A stretch of DNA of 57,267 bases from Candidatus Berkelbacteria bacterium (GTDB taxonomy: Bacteria > Patescibacteriota > UBA1384 > 2-12-FULL-50-11): positions 1 through 57,267 of the forward strand of contig JANLIQ010000056.1 of assembly GCA_024654065.1 (NCBI GenBank), written 5' to 3'. Below the pieces are notes generated by a model, which saw only the letters and a list, made by a program, of their open reading frames with translations, made no database searches and was not told where the DNA came from. Shown one piece after another: positions 29,177 through 38,477 of this stretch (position 1 is the stretch's first letter; every line of letters begins with the position of its first letter). A program made the position numbers and the translations under genes.

Positions 29177-30372
29177 ACATTATTGAAAACTTTAAAACCG
29201 CCCTTAAATCTCTTTGGAATAACCGCCTACGAAGTTTCCTAACTCTGCTTGGCATTGTTATCGGAGTTTACGCTGTCGTCACACTGCTCGCCGCCGCCCA
29301 AGGGGTTCAGAACCAAATTGGCGGATTTGTGGAGGATTTTGGCCCGCGCACGATTCTAATAATGCCGGGGGAAACCGATTCTTCTGGTACGCCAAACTTT
29401 GCCGCTCAAGCGGCGCCGTCAACTCTTCTTGTTGATGACATAGAATATCTCAAGACTCACGCCGATCTTATCGAGCAAACGGTCGACTACGCCGTATTTA
29501 TCGGCGGCCTGGCCACCCACGGCGATAAAAAGCTATCCGGCATGCCAGTCGGCATTACCCCAGGCGCGGTAGAGTTGTTTAGTATCAAGGTCGTGAACGG
29601 CCGCGACTTTACGCAGTCAGATCTTGATCAGAAGAAGCGCTTTATCGTTATTAGCGAGGCCGCGGCCGAGAAGCTGGCAGTAAAAGTCGGTGAGACGATG
29701 AGTATCGGTATCGAGAAGTTCGAGGTCATTGGCTTGTTTAAAATTGAACAGTCATTAAATATCAGCTCCTCTCAGGGCGAGATGTTTTTCATTCCAGCTC
29801 CCGTCGCAAACGAGATCAACAAGTCACCGCAAGTCAATCGTATTGTTGCTCACGCCAAAACGGTTGAAGATGTCGACAGGGCTATAACCCAAGTAAAAGA
29901 AGCTCTGACCACCAAGCATGGCACCGTCGATTTTTCTGTTATGAAACCAACCGATATTCTCAAAACCGTCGACAGTATTATTAACATTCTTAAATATATG
30001 GTGATTGGTATCACTTCAATCTCGCTACTCGTCGGTGGTATCGGAATTATGAATATCATGCTGGTGACGGTAGCGGAGCGAACTCGTGAAATCGGCATTC
30101 GTAAGGCGGTTGGCGCTACCGAAAGCGCAATACTTATTCAATTCTTAATCGAGTCGATTCTACTAACCGTCATCGGTGCTTTGATTGGTATCGCCATGGC
30201 GACGGTAACGTCTTATCTTGCAGCGAAGTTCTCACCGCTCGAACCGGCGATTACTAGCAGTACCATTATGATCGCCGTTGGTATGGGGGTGGTTGCTGGA
30301 GTTATCTTCGGCTTACTGCCGGCCCTTCGCGCCGCCCGCAAAAACCCGGTTCAGGCGTTGAAATACGAGTAG
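29173..30372 (+). CDS. ABC transporter permease (MacB/FtsX-like)
   Basis: RSFLTLLGIVIGV, GGIGIMNIMLVTVAERTREIGIRKAVGA, PALRAARKNPVQAL. Confidence 0.95.
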   Translation: MNIIENFKTALKSLWNNRLRSFLTLLGIVIGVYAVVTLLAAAQGVQNQIGGFVEDFGPRTILIMPGETDSSGTPNFAAQAAPSTLLVDDIEYLKTHADLIEQTVDYAVFIGGLATHGDKKLSGMPVGITPGAVELFSIKVVNGRDFTQSDLDQKKRFIVISEAAAEKLAVKVGETMSIGIEKFEVIGLFKIEQSLNISSSQGEMFFIPAPVANEINKSPQVNRIVAHAKTVEDVDRAITQVKEALTTKHGTVDFSVMKPTDILKTVDSIINILKYMVIGITSISLLVGGIGIMNIMLVTVAERTREIGIRKAVGATESAILIQFLIESILLTVIGALIGIAMATVTSYLAAKFSPLEPAITSSTIMIAVGMGVVAGVIFGLLPALRAARKNPVQALKYE

Positions 30373-30415
30373 ATTTATACATTGTTGTTAGAAAGTAAAA
30401 TGTTAGAGTAAAAAT

Positions 30416-30691
30416 ATGCTAACTAAAAGTGATCTACAAAATATCGAGGCGCTCTTCGACAAAAAATTCGATGAGAAATTTGATCAGAGATTCAAGCCGC
30501 TGAAGGTTGAATTATCCGATCTAATCGACCATAAACTCGAGCCGCTGAAAAAGGATATTAAAAAGATCAAAACCGACGTCGCCCAAACCAGGAAAGATAT
30601 CAATATGGTTATTGGAGTTTTCGACAACGACAATACGAAACTACGCCAGCGAGTCGAAATTATTGAAGATAGGGTAGGGATTAGACATTAG
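30416..30691 (+). CDS. Small coiled-coil hypothetical protein
   Basis: MLTKSDL...; heptad-like pattern; -10 box 6 nt upstream of the ATG. Confidence 0.7.
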   Translation: MLTKSDLQNIEALFDKKFDEKFDQRFKPLKVELSDLIDHKLEPLKKDIKKIKTDVAQTRKDINMVIGVFDNDNTKLRQRVEIIEDRVGIRH

Positions 30692-30715
30692 TCCCAGCAT
30701 CAGTAAGATTTGGGG

Positions 30716-30745
30716 TTGATTTAATGTAAAGTTTCCTTTACATTA
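30716..30745 (+). promoter_or_regulatory. Promoter overlapped by a 10-bp inverted-repeat operator
   Basis: TTGATT-17-TACATT; TAATGTAAAG-tttc-CTTTACATTA. Confidence 0.7.
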
Positions 30746-30752
30746 TGTGTAA

Positions 30753-31358
30753 ATGTCAGCGGAATTACGGTTACTTTTACGAGATTTGCGCCAAGCCCAA
30801 GAGTTAAGTCAAGATGAGCTAGCTCATCAATTAGGTATATCTCGTCAATCCATTATCTCACTTGAACAGGGCGCATACTTGCCAAGTTTTCCGTTACTTA
30901 TAAATATGATCCAGTTTTTTAACTGCGACTTAGAGGAGCTTGTCGAAGGCCTCAGCCAGAATGTGGCCCAATTGCCCTCAGTTGCCGAGCTGGCTATTCA
31001 GTCAATTGAACAGCCTGCCACCCGCCCAGCGGCCGGTGCGATAAATGTCTACGAAACTGCCATTGAGTACGAAGTGCAAGTTCAAGCGCCCGGGTTCAAG
31101 GAAAATGAGATCCACCTGGAATTTTCAGGTGATACGCTGACGATTACCGCCCAAACTTCTATTGACCAACGGGAGGCCGCCGAAAAACTAATCCGCCGCG
31201 AGTGGGAGTGCGACTCCTTCACCCGTCAAGTGCGCTTTGCTCACCCTATCGATGTTGATCAAGTCGAGGCCAAGCTCGCTGATGGAATGTTAACCATCCA
31301 CACCCCAAAGGTAGAACCGGTCAAACCTAAGATTAAAAAGATCGAAGTGAAGAAATAG
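30753..31358 (+). CDS. XRE-family HTH fused to an Hsp20/alpha-crystallin domain
   Basis: LRQAQELSQDELAHQLGISRQSIISLEQG; INVYET...APGF...FTRQVRF...AKLADGMLTIHTPK. Confidence 0.88.
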   Translation: MSAELRLLLRDLRQAQELSQDELAHQLGISRQSIISLEQGAYLPSFPLLINMIQFFNCDLEELVEGLSQNVAQLPSVAELAIQSIEQPATRPAAGAINVYETAIEYEVQVQAPGFKENEIHLEFSGDTLTITAQTSIDQREAAEKLIRREWECDSFTRQVRFAHPIDVDQVEAKLADGMLTIHTPKVEPVKPKIKKIEVKK

Positions 31359-31408
31359 CTTCTACTAAGTTCGGCAAGAGAATCGAGGTCTGAACGACCT
31401 CTTTTCTT

Positions 31409-32017
31409 CTACTTAACTTCTATCGAATTAATCGTATCCCCAACGGCAATCTTTTTAACAACATCGTTGCCGGAAGTTACGCGACCGAAGATTGTGTAAT
31501 TCTTAGGGAGGGTTTCGTTATCTTTAAGCATTATGAAGAACTGCGAGCCGTTGGTGTTGGGACCAGAATTGGCCATCGCCAGAACGCCCTCTAAATACCC
31601 CGTCTTGTAACTGGCCGTATTAGGATTTAGCTCGTCTTCAAACTTAGCGCCAAAAATTGAAGCGCCACCAGTACCGTTGCCGCTCGGATCACCACCTTGG
31701 ATGACAAAGCCCGGCTCAACACGGTGAAAAGTAAGATTGTCGTAGTAGCCGTTTTTAGCCAGAGTCGCGAAGTTCATAACTGTCTTTGGCGCATCGTTAG
31801 GATAGAGCTCGAGGGTAATATCGCCTTTGTCAGTTTTGATTACGGCTGAAGTAGCGCTCACTTTTTCAAATGTTGTTGGATCTGCTGTCATGGTTGTTGT
31901 CTCCTTTGTAGGGCTAGTTGTATTTGTTACGGTGTCTGTTGATTTATTTTGCGGAACGAGAGAAAAAATACCGATGATAATGGCCACGAAAACTGCAAGA
32001 TATATAATATTTTTCAT
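31409..32017 (-). CDS. Membrane-anchored cyclophilin-type peptidyl-prolyl isomerase
   Basis: [42 protein letters not shown] 32017 (the upstream ORF extension is the tRNA). Confidence 0.95.
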   Translation of the reverse strand: MKNIIYLAVFVAIIIGIFSLVPQNKSTDTVTNTTSPTKETTTMTADPTTFEKVSATSAVIKTDKGDITLELYPNDAPKTVMNFATLAKNGYYDNLTFHRVEPGFVIQGGDPSGNGTGGASIFGAKFEDELNPNTASYKTGYLEGVLAMANSGPNTNGSQFFIMLKDNETLPKNYTIFGRVTSGNDVVKKIAVGDTINSIEVK

Positions 32018-32019
32018 TG

Positions 32020-32091
32020 TGGGCGACGAAGGAATCGAACCTTCAACCCCGGCTACGTCAAAGCCGTGCTCTACCATTGAGCTAGCCGCCC
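32020..32091 (-). tRNA. tRNA-Val(GAC)
   Basis: GGGCGGC/GTCGCCC-A; CGGCT-TTGACGT-AGCCG; GGTTCGATTCC. Confidence 0.95.
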
Positions 32092-32111
32092 GATAACACC
32101 TGTCATTTTAG

Positions 32112-32978
32112 CTAATCTTTGCTCCGTTGGGAAGGCACGAGCTGACGCTTCGCAATAGCAATTTCTTCGTTAATCCGCTTCAAAAGATCCGTTTTTTCCT
32201 TAACCCGAATGCGCGGTAATTCATACAAGCTACTCTTTTCTGTCGCAACTCCCAGATTAGTAGTGACGGCCGCTTTAATGCCAAGACCGGAAACGATATC
32301 AAGCGTAACGGGATTGTACTTCCCTGATGGGTAGGAAAAGACCGGGTCATATGACCTCACGCTAGTACTAATTTCGTCAATTGCCTTTTCGTACTGGGCG
32401 TTAGCCAAATTTAAATGAATCGCCGTATGGCCACCAATTTCCATACCCGCTAATCTTAGTTGCTGAACCTGGGGCGTCGTCATGTACCCAGTTCTTCCAA
32501 GAAAGCCAGAAACGATAAAAAATGTTGCGGTGGTCTGGTATTTTTCCAAAATCGGCAGAGCATTCGTGTAATGGTCGTCATAACCATCATCGAAAGTAAT
32601 AATTAGCGACTTAGGCTTGTACTTACCTTTGGCGAAATCTTCAAGCGAGATTGTTTCGTACCCGGCATCTTTGAGAACGGATAGCTGTTTATCCAAAGTC
32701 TTTGGTGAGACTGATAACTGAATTCCTAGCGGATCATCTGTCCGATCCTGGTAATCTCGAATGTAGTGGTACATCAAAATTGGTACATAGACTGACGGCG
32801 GGGTTGAAGGAACCGTTGAGTCGTTCTGTGAGAAAGGCTCTGAAACTGCCTCGCTCTTTTTCTGATCGAGTAATGGTTTGGCAGAAGAAGCCTGGATCCC
32901 ATGAAAGAGTGCCAACCAAACTAGTCCACCACCGATCAGCATTAGACCAGCAACCAGATATAGAAACGTGCCCTTCAT
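32112..32978 (-). CDS. Polysaccharide deacetylase (CE4/NodB family), membrane-anchored
   Basis: PILMYH, ITFDDGY, IGGHTAIH, FSYPSG, LPRIRV; ATG 32978. Confidence 0.92.
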   Translation of the reverse strand: MKGTFLYLVAGLMLIGGGLVWLALFHGIQASSAKPLLDQKKSEAVSEPFSQNDSTVPSTPPSVYVPILMYHYIRDYQDRTDDPLGIQLSVSPKTLDKQLSVLKDAGYETISLEDFAKGKYKPKSLIITFDDGYDDHYTNALPILEKYQTTATFFIVSGFLGRTGYMTTPQVQQLRLAGMEIGGHTAIHLNLANAQYEKAIDEISTSVRSYDPVFSYPSGKYNPVTLDIVSGLGIKAAVTTNLGVATEKSSLYELPRIRVKEKTDLLKRINEEIAIAKRQLVPSQRSKD

Positions 32979-33038
32979 CTCTCTATCATACCCCGAATCG
33001 TTGTTTCTCGGCATTTTTAAAGGTAAAATAGGCGTATT

Positions 33039-33112
33039 GGTCCCATCGTCTAGTGGCCTAGGACGTCGCCTTTTCATGGCGAAGATCGCGGGTTCGACTC
33101 CCGCTGGGACCG
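33039..33112 (+). tRNA. tRNA-Glu(TTC)
   Basis: GGTCCCA/TGGGACC; TCGCC-TTTTCAT-GGCGA; GGTTCGACTCC. Confidence 0.95.
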
Positions 33113-33425
33113 CTGAAAGAGATCACACTCTATCTGTTACCAGTAGATTGCGGTTCTAAAAATCACACACCTAACGGGAATGTTAGTACCTCTATTCGTA
33201 AGGAAGTTCTATTCCCAGACGTGTTCAAAGTGCAGTAAACTAACAGCATAAGATTTCCCGTGCCTACAAAAAAGAGCTTATCGAATTCAGTAAGACCTAC
33301 AGAGACAAATACTCCCTTGAGCTTGTCGACAAAGATGTGCTAGAAACGGCCAGCTACATAATGGAGCCCCTCTTGCTAACAAGCCCTAAGCTTTACAAGT
33401 CGTACAAAAAGCTGAACTAACCTGG

Positions 33426-33454
33426 TTGACAACCTGTCTCCAATCTGCTATTGT
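33426..33454 (+). promoter_or_regulatory. Sigma70-type promoter
   Basis: TTGACA-17nt-TATTGT with TG extension. Confidence 0.65.
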
Positions 33455-33495
33455 TCTGCTTAAACTCTCGCGAGAGAGGGCGTTCTTAGGAGACG

Positions 33496-33909
33496 ATGAT
33501 GCCAGAAGAATACTCAGACGTAAACGAAACCGCAGCTTTTGGTTTCTTGGTCAATGCGAGTGACCGGCTAAAAGGGGCGGACGGTGACACGGGAGCGATA
33601 TTCCCCATGAGCGACGCGGAAGATTTGAGTCGTGGGGCTCGTTTCATTCCCGAAGCCGTGACTGATGCACGACGCAGTGGCCAGAAGGTCAACTTCGTTT
33701 ATGATCGCAGTGCATGCTGCTGGTATTGGGAGATGCCCGATGGTTCTCGCCTTTATCACTAGGAGCGGGCTACCGATAATGAGGTTGGTCAGGCCAACGG
33801 TCGCCAGTTCGTAGTAAGCACATCGGATTTCGAAGGTGGCTCTGGCCCGTGTCCTATGTGTGGAAATCCGCACACAAGAGGGGAGGAAGTACCAAAACCA
33901 AAACCCTAG
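33496..33909 (+). pseudogene. Hypothetical gene with an in-frame TAG at 33760-33762 (88 aa, then 48 further open codons including CPMC)
   Basis: SD AGGAG; frame stays open to TAG 33907-33909, just before the hairpin at 33921-33951. Confidence 0.5.
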
Positions 33910-34174
33910 CTCGAATCACTGCGCCCCGCGGACTTCATGTCTGTGGGGCGCTACTTGTTTGTGTTAGACTTCTCCTCTGCAAAACACAATTCTTCTTCAT
34001 TTAAACCTGCTGCAGAGTGCGAATGCGTTCTTGCCAAGCCCGCAAACAGGTAAAGTTAAAGTTGTCTTATTGTATAAGACGTGCGAGAATCACCTCGAGC
34101 AGCTACCAAGGTTTTGGTTACTGTTAGTTCATCACAATTGGGCTGCAATTTTACCAACTTCTAGGAGGAACCCC

Positions 34175-37024
34175 GTGATTCAAGTTGTCAGAGTTCAAGG
34201 AAAGATCGGCGATCCACGCGGGGAGGACCTCGCAGCGGAAATTCGATCAACCCTTGGCATCGTCTCTGTCGAGCAGGTACGAACCGTCAAGGTCTACCGA
34301 CTCGAAAATGTGTCCGTCGAACAGGCCGACACACTAGCTCACCAGCTCCTGGCCGATCCAATCAGCCAGTCATATTCGCTCAATCAGCCGACCGTTATAG
34401 GCGCTTTTGCCGTACGTGAGGTCGCCTACAAACCCGGGGTAATGAACCCCGAGGTTGCCTCGATTCTCAAATCAGCGGCTGACCTTGGCATCACCGAACT
34501 GGTCGCGGCCGACACCAGCTACGAGTACCATTTCTTCGTCAACGGTTCGTTAGATGCGAACCAGCTGAAGACAATCGTCTCCCGCTTGCTGGTCAATAAA
34601 ACCGTTCAGCGTGTTTTGGAAAGCGAGCCGACTACCTTGTTGATCGGCGGCCAAGCCGGTCCGATCCGAACTATCGCCATCCGTGAACTGGACGACTTGG
34701 CGCTGATAGCACTCTCTGCAGCGATGCAGCTACATCTCAATCTTGAGGAGATGCGAGTGATTCAGGAGTACTTCCGCGACCTTGGTCGCGATCCGCGAGA
34801 CGCCGAGTTGGAGACTTTGGCGCAGACGTGGAGCGAGCACTGCGGACACAAGACCTTCAAGGCCAAGCTCGTTGTCAACGGAGTTTCAAAACCGCCTCTG
34901 ATGAGCCGTCTGAAGGCCGCATCCATGGCCTGCGAAAGTCCGATCGTTCTCTCGTCGTTCGTCGACAATTCTGGTGTGATCCGTTTTGATGAAAAGTTCG
35001 GTATTGCCGGCAAAGTCGAAACCCACAATAGCCCCAGCGCTATCGAGCCACGGGGCGGAGCTATGACTGGTAGCGGCGGCGTCTTTCGGGACGTTATGGG
35101 AACGGGTCGGGGCGCGCGAGTGATCGCCAGTACCGATATCTTCTGTTTCGCCCCGCCCGATTTACCAGATGATGAGTTGCCCAAGGGCTGTCTTCACCCA
35201 CGCTACCTCCTCCGACAGGTTGTCGGTGGTGTCCGTGATTACGGCAATCCGATGGGCGTACCAACCCTCAACGGTTCGGTTCACTTCCACTCCGACTTTA
35301 GAGCCAAGCCAACGGTAATCGTTGGTGCTTACGGCTTGATTCCGATCGAAGACTGTCAGAAAGGCGAACCGCAAATCGGCGACTTGATCGTCACTGTTGG
35401 CGGCAAGACCGGACGTGACGGTGTCCATGGTGCCACTTTCTCAAGTGGCGAAATGACACCTGACACAATCGAAAACGCCAGCGTCGTCCAGATCGGTAAC
35501 CCGATCGAGGAGAAGCGTACGAGCGACGCCCTCATCAACTGTCGCGATGCCGGTCTCATTCGAGCGGTAACCGACTGCGGTGCAGGTGGATTCTCGTCGG
35601 CAATTGGTGAGATGGGATCGACAATCGGTGCTCGAGTCAACCTGGAAGAGGCGCCATTGAAGTATAGCGGGCTTGCTCCATGGGAGATCTGGGTCTCCGA
35701 GTCACAGGAGCGAATGGTTGTGGCGGTCCCGCCAGAATCGCTCGCAAAGTTCCTGCGGACATGCAAGGGCTTCAACGTTGAGGCAACGACTCTTGGTGCG
35801 TTCACCGGCGACGGACAGCTACTCGTCACTTACAACGGCGAGGTGGCTTGTGATCTGCCGATGAGCTTTCTGCACGACGGTTTGCCACAACGAACGATGA
35901 AGGCCACCTGGATCGACCGGGAAGTTAGTAGCATCGGCTCCATCTCCCCAGATCCCGTAACGGCCTACCACCGAGTTATGGCGCACCTCGACGTCGCTTC
36001 GAAAGAGCCGATCGTCAGAATGTACGACCATAGCGTCCAGGGTAGCATGGTGTTACCGCCATTTGTCGGCGTCTTCCAAGACGGACCAACAGACGCGGCA
36101 GTACTCCAACCGCTCCCCAACTCATCGCGGGGGATTGTCATCAGTCACGGCTTAAACCCGGTTCTCGATCGGATTCATCCGTACTGGGGTAGTGTTTGGG
36201 CAATCGCCGAGGCGCTCTCTAACTACGTTGCCGTCGGTGGCTACTTGACGCAAGCAGCTCTGATCGACAATTTCATCTGGCCATTTCCAGACGAAGAGTC
36301 ACTGGGCGAGCTCGACCAAGCAGTCGATGCATGCGTCGATATCATGCGAGAGCTCCGTACCCCGTTTGTTTCCGGCAAGGACTCGCTTTCGAGCACCTAC
36401 CGATATCCAGACGGGTCGGTCCTGAAGATACCGCCGGTTCTTTGTGTCTCAGCGTTCGGGTCAATCGACAACGTCGAGAGGACCAAAACGTCAGACTTCA
36501 AGAAAGTCGGTTCGGCCATCATTCTTGTTGGTCGCCCGGATTTCTGGGGTATGGGAGGATCTGTTTACTCGCGAGTTCACAACGTCCAAAACGGTCGTGT
36601 TCCGCGAATACATCCCTCCGAGCTGGCTATCACTCTTCGGGAAACGACGCGGTTGCTGCTTTCAAGCGACGTCCTGGCTTGCCATGACGTCAGCGAAGGT
36701 GGAGTTGGCGCCACAATTGCCGAGATGTGCTTTGGTGGCAACCTCGGCGCCGTGATCGATCTAAGCCGCTTTGAGAACAAACTCGACCTCGGGCCACTTA
36801 GCGGTTTCTTCAACGAAACTGCTGGTTGCTTCGTTGTCGAGGCGCGACAAGATCTGCTTGGATATATCAGCGACTACCTGACCGAGACTCCCTGGAGTCT
36901 AATCGGCATCACTCAACACAGTGACGAAATCGTGGTTGAGGACAAGTCCATTCACCTCTCCGTTTCGCTCTCGTCACTCAAGAACAGCTGGCAACAGCCA
37001 GTAAAGGAGGTCTTCCACTCATGA
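34175..37024 (+). CDS. purL: Phosphoribosylformylglycinamidine synthase PurL with N-terminal PurS-like domains
   Basis: QTWSEHCGHKTF, KVETHNSPSAIEP, GRDGVHGATFSS, DCGAGG, SESQERM, SGKDS, HDVSEGG; GTG 34175 after AGGAGG. Confidence 0.95.
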   Translation: MIQVVRVQGKIGDPRGEDLAAEIRSTLGIVSVEQVRTVKVYRLENVSVEQADTLAHQLLADPISQSYSLNQPTVIGAFAVREVAYKPGVMNPEVASILKSAADLGITELVAADTSYEYHFFVNGSLDANQLKTIVSRLLVNKTVQRVLESEPTTLLIGGQAGPIRTIAIRELDDLALIALSAAMQLHLNLEEMRVIQEYFRDLGRDPRDAELETLAQTWSEHCGHKTFKAKLVVNGVSKPPLMSRLKAASMACESPIVLSSFVDNSGVIRFDEKFGIAGKVETHNSPSAIEPRGGAMTGSGGVFRDVMGTGRGARVIASTDIFCFAPPDLPDDELPKGCLHPRYLLRQVVGGVRDYGNPMGVPTLNGSVHFHSDFRAKPTVIVGAYGLIPIEDCQKGEPQIGDLIVTVGGKTGRDGVHGATFSSGEMTPDTIENASVVQIGNPIEEKRTSDALINCRDAGLIRAVTDCGAGGFSSAIGEMGSTIGARVNLEEAPLKYSGLAPWEIWVSESQERMVVAVPPESLAKFLRTCKGFNVEATTLGAFTGDGQLLVTYNGEVACDLPMSFLHDGLPQRTMKATWIDREVSSIGSISPDPVTAYHRVMAHLDVASKEPIVRMYDHSVQGSMVLPPFVGVFQDGPTDAAVLQPLPNSSRGIVISHGLNPVLDRIHPYWGSVWAIAEALSNYVAVGGYLTQAALIDNFIWPFPDEESLGELDQAVDACVDIMRELRTPFVSGKDSLSSTYRYPDGSVLKIPPVLCVSAFGSIDNVERTKTSDFKKVGSAIILVGRPDFWGMGGSVYSRVHNVQNGRVPRIHPSELAITLRETTRLLLSSDVLACHDVSEGGVGATIAEMCFGGNLGAVIDLSRFENKLDLGPLSGFFNETAGCFVVEARQDLLGYISDYLTETPWSLIGITQHSDEIVVEDKSIHLSVSLSSLKNSWQQPVKEVFHS

Positions 37025-37800
37025 GAATGCCCCACGTTTGCATCCTACGCACCGATGGGACCAATTGTGACGAGGAGACAGCGACGGCTTTCCAGATGGC
37101 TGGGGCCGTCACCTCCTTTGTTCACGTCAACGAACTACGATCGAGAGACAAGTGCTTGGCCGACTTCCAGATTCTAGCCCTGTCTGGTGGCTTCTCTTAC
37201 GGCGACGACGTTGCCTCCGGTCAGATTCTAGCCAACGAGCTAGTCTCGAACTTAGGTGACGATATCCAACGATTCGTTGAGGCCAGCAAACCAATCTTGG
37301 GGATCTGCAACGGATTCCAGGTATTGATTCGAACTGGCCTGCTACCGTTTGGACAGCTCGGCAAAGTTTGCGCCACCCTGACCAACAACGAGTCGGGAAG
37401 ATTCGAATGCCGTTGGGTTAAGATGGTGACAGAGAACGAGCCGGGCTGTGTCTTTCGCCCATTTCTGATCTGGGAAGCAATTAATCTTCCCGTAGCGCAT
37501 GGTGAGGGTCGTTTCTTCGCCGAACCTGCGACACTCGAAGAAATAGAACGACAGAACCTGGTCGTCCTACGATACTCGCACGAAGGCGAACCAACAATGG
37601 AGTTCCCGTACAATCCAAATGGTTCGGTCAACTCGATAGCCGGGATCTGCGACCCCAGCGGTTGCATTTTCGGCATGATGCCTCACCCCGAGCGCTTCAC
37701 CAGGAAAGTCCACTTTCCCAACTGGCGACGAGGCGACTTCAACAAGCCGGATGGCTTGCAGTTCTTCGCCTCGGCCGTCAACTACGCAGCCCAACTTTAA
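37021..37800 (+). CDS. purQ: Phosphoribosylformylglycinamidine synthase glutaminase subunit PurQ
   Basis: GTNCD, GGFSYGD, GICNGFQ, AHGEG, NPNGS, MMPHPER. Confidence 0.96.
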   Translation: MRMPHVCILRTDGTNCDEETATAFQMAGAVTSFVHVNELRSRDKCLADFQILALSGGFSYGDDVASGQILANELVSNLGDDIQRFVEASKPILGICNGFQVLIRTGLLPFGQLGKVCATLTNNESGRFECRWVKMVTENEPGCVFRPFLIWEAINLPVAHGEGRFFAEPATLEEIERQNLVVLRYSHEGEPTMEFPYNPNGSVNSIAGICDPSGCIFGMMPHPERFTRKVHFPNWRRGDFNKPDGLQFFASAVNYAAQL

Positions 37801-37812
37801 CTCTTTGAGTTC

Positions 37813-37840
37813 GCGGCGCCGCAAGGCGCCGCACCTTTTT
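37813..37840 (+). terminator. Terminator after purQ
   Basis: GCGGCGCC-GCAA-GGCGCCGC then ACCTTTTT. Confidence 0.75.
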
Positions 37841-37889
37841 ACTCCAGTGGAGGTTGCCTTCCGAGCCAATTTGGGCGACGCTATAGTAA

Positions 37890-38477
37890 ATGAGACGCAG
37901 TTTTACCCTAATTGAAGTTCTGACAGTTATAGCAATAATTGGCATTTTAGCATCACTGGGAGCGTACACTTACGCTGCATCTTTGACACGCTCCCGAGAT
38001 AGTCAAAGAATTGCCGATTTACAATTCATCCGTAATGGCCTGGAGCAATTTTATGTAGACAACCGGGGCTATCCACTTTTTGATGCCGACAAGAATTTAC
38101 CTCAAGCATCTTGGCAGCTAGAAGATAGTTATGCTTGCCATATAATCACAAAAAAATACTTAGCACCAAAATATTTAGCTAATGTTCCCCAAGATCCCTC
38201 ATCTAAGTTCAGCATTAATAGCGGCGACTGTGCACCGAGTGCCTACGGCCAGTATCTCTACTACGGTTTGCCCAAAGCAACTAGTAAGACTGGCTTTTAA
38301 CTTATGGCTAGGATGGAACGCACCTTAAATATTAATTACATCGGCCCAATCACCCAATTAGTGGACGAGTACACTTTGGGCGGCTTTCTTCGCCTGTTTT
38401 GTAATACCCAAGACTTTTCGTCTAATCCGACTAGTTGCTCCCAGAACTACTTCGTCACCAATTCCAAAAACAACTAA
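37890..38477 (+). pseudogene. Type IV pilin/GspG-like prepilin interrupted by an in-frame TAA at 38298-38300
   Basis: MRRS|FTLIEVLTVIAIIGILA, SRDSQRIADL, VPQDP; after the stop the frame continues LMARME...C...C...NN* for 58 codons. Confidence 0.75.

Noticed and set aside
32018..33077. N-terminal extensions of the PPIase (to 32077) and deacetylase (to 33077) ORFs
   Set aside because: The extensions run through tRNA-Val and tRNA-Glu; downstream ATGs with signal anchors are more plausible
34762..37676. Numerous antisense and alternate-frame ORFs over purL/purQ and other long genes
   Set aside because: Shadow ORFs of GC-richer coding sequence, with no recognisable motifs
33760..38300. Alternative genetic code (stop reassignment) to explain the internal stops
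   Set aside because: The two internal stops differ (TAG and TAA), and both codons, as well as TGA, terminate well-conserved genes elsewhere in the window
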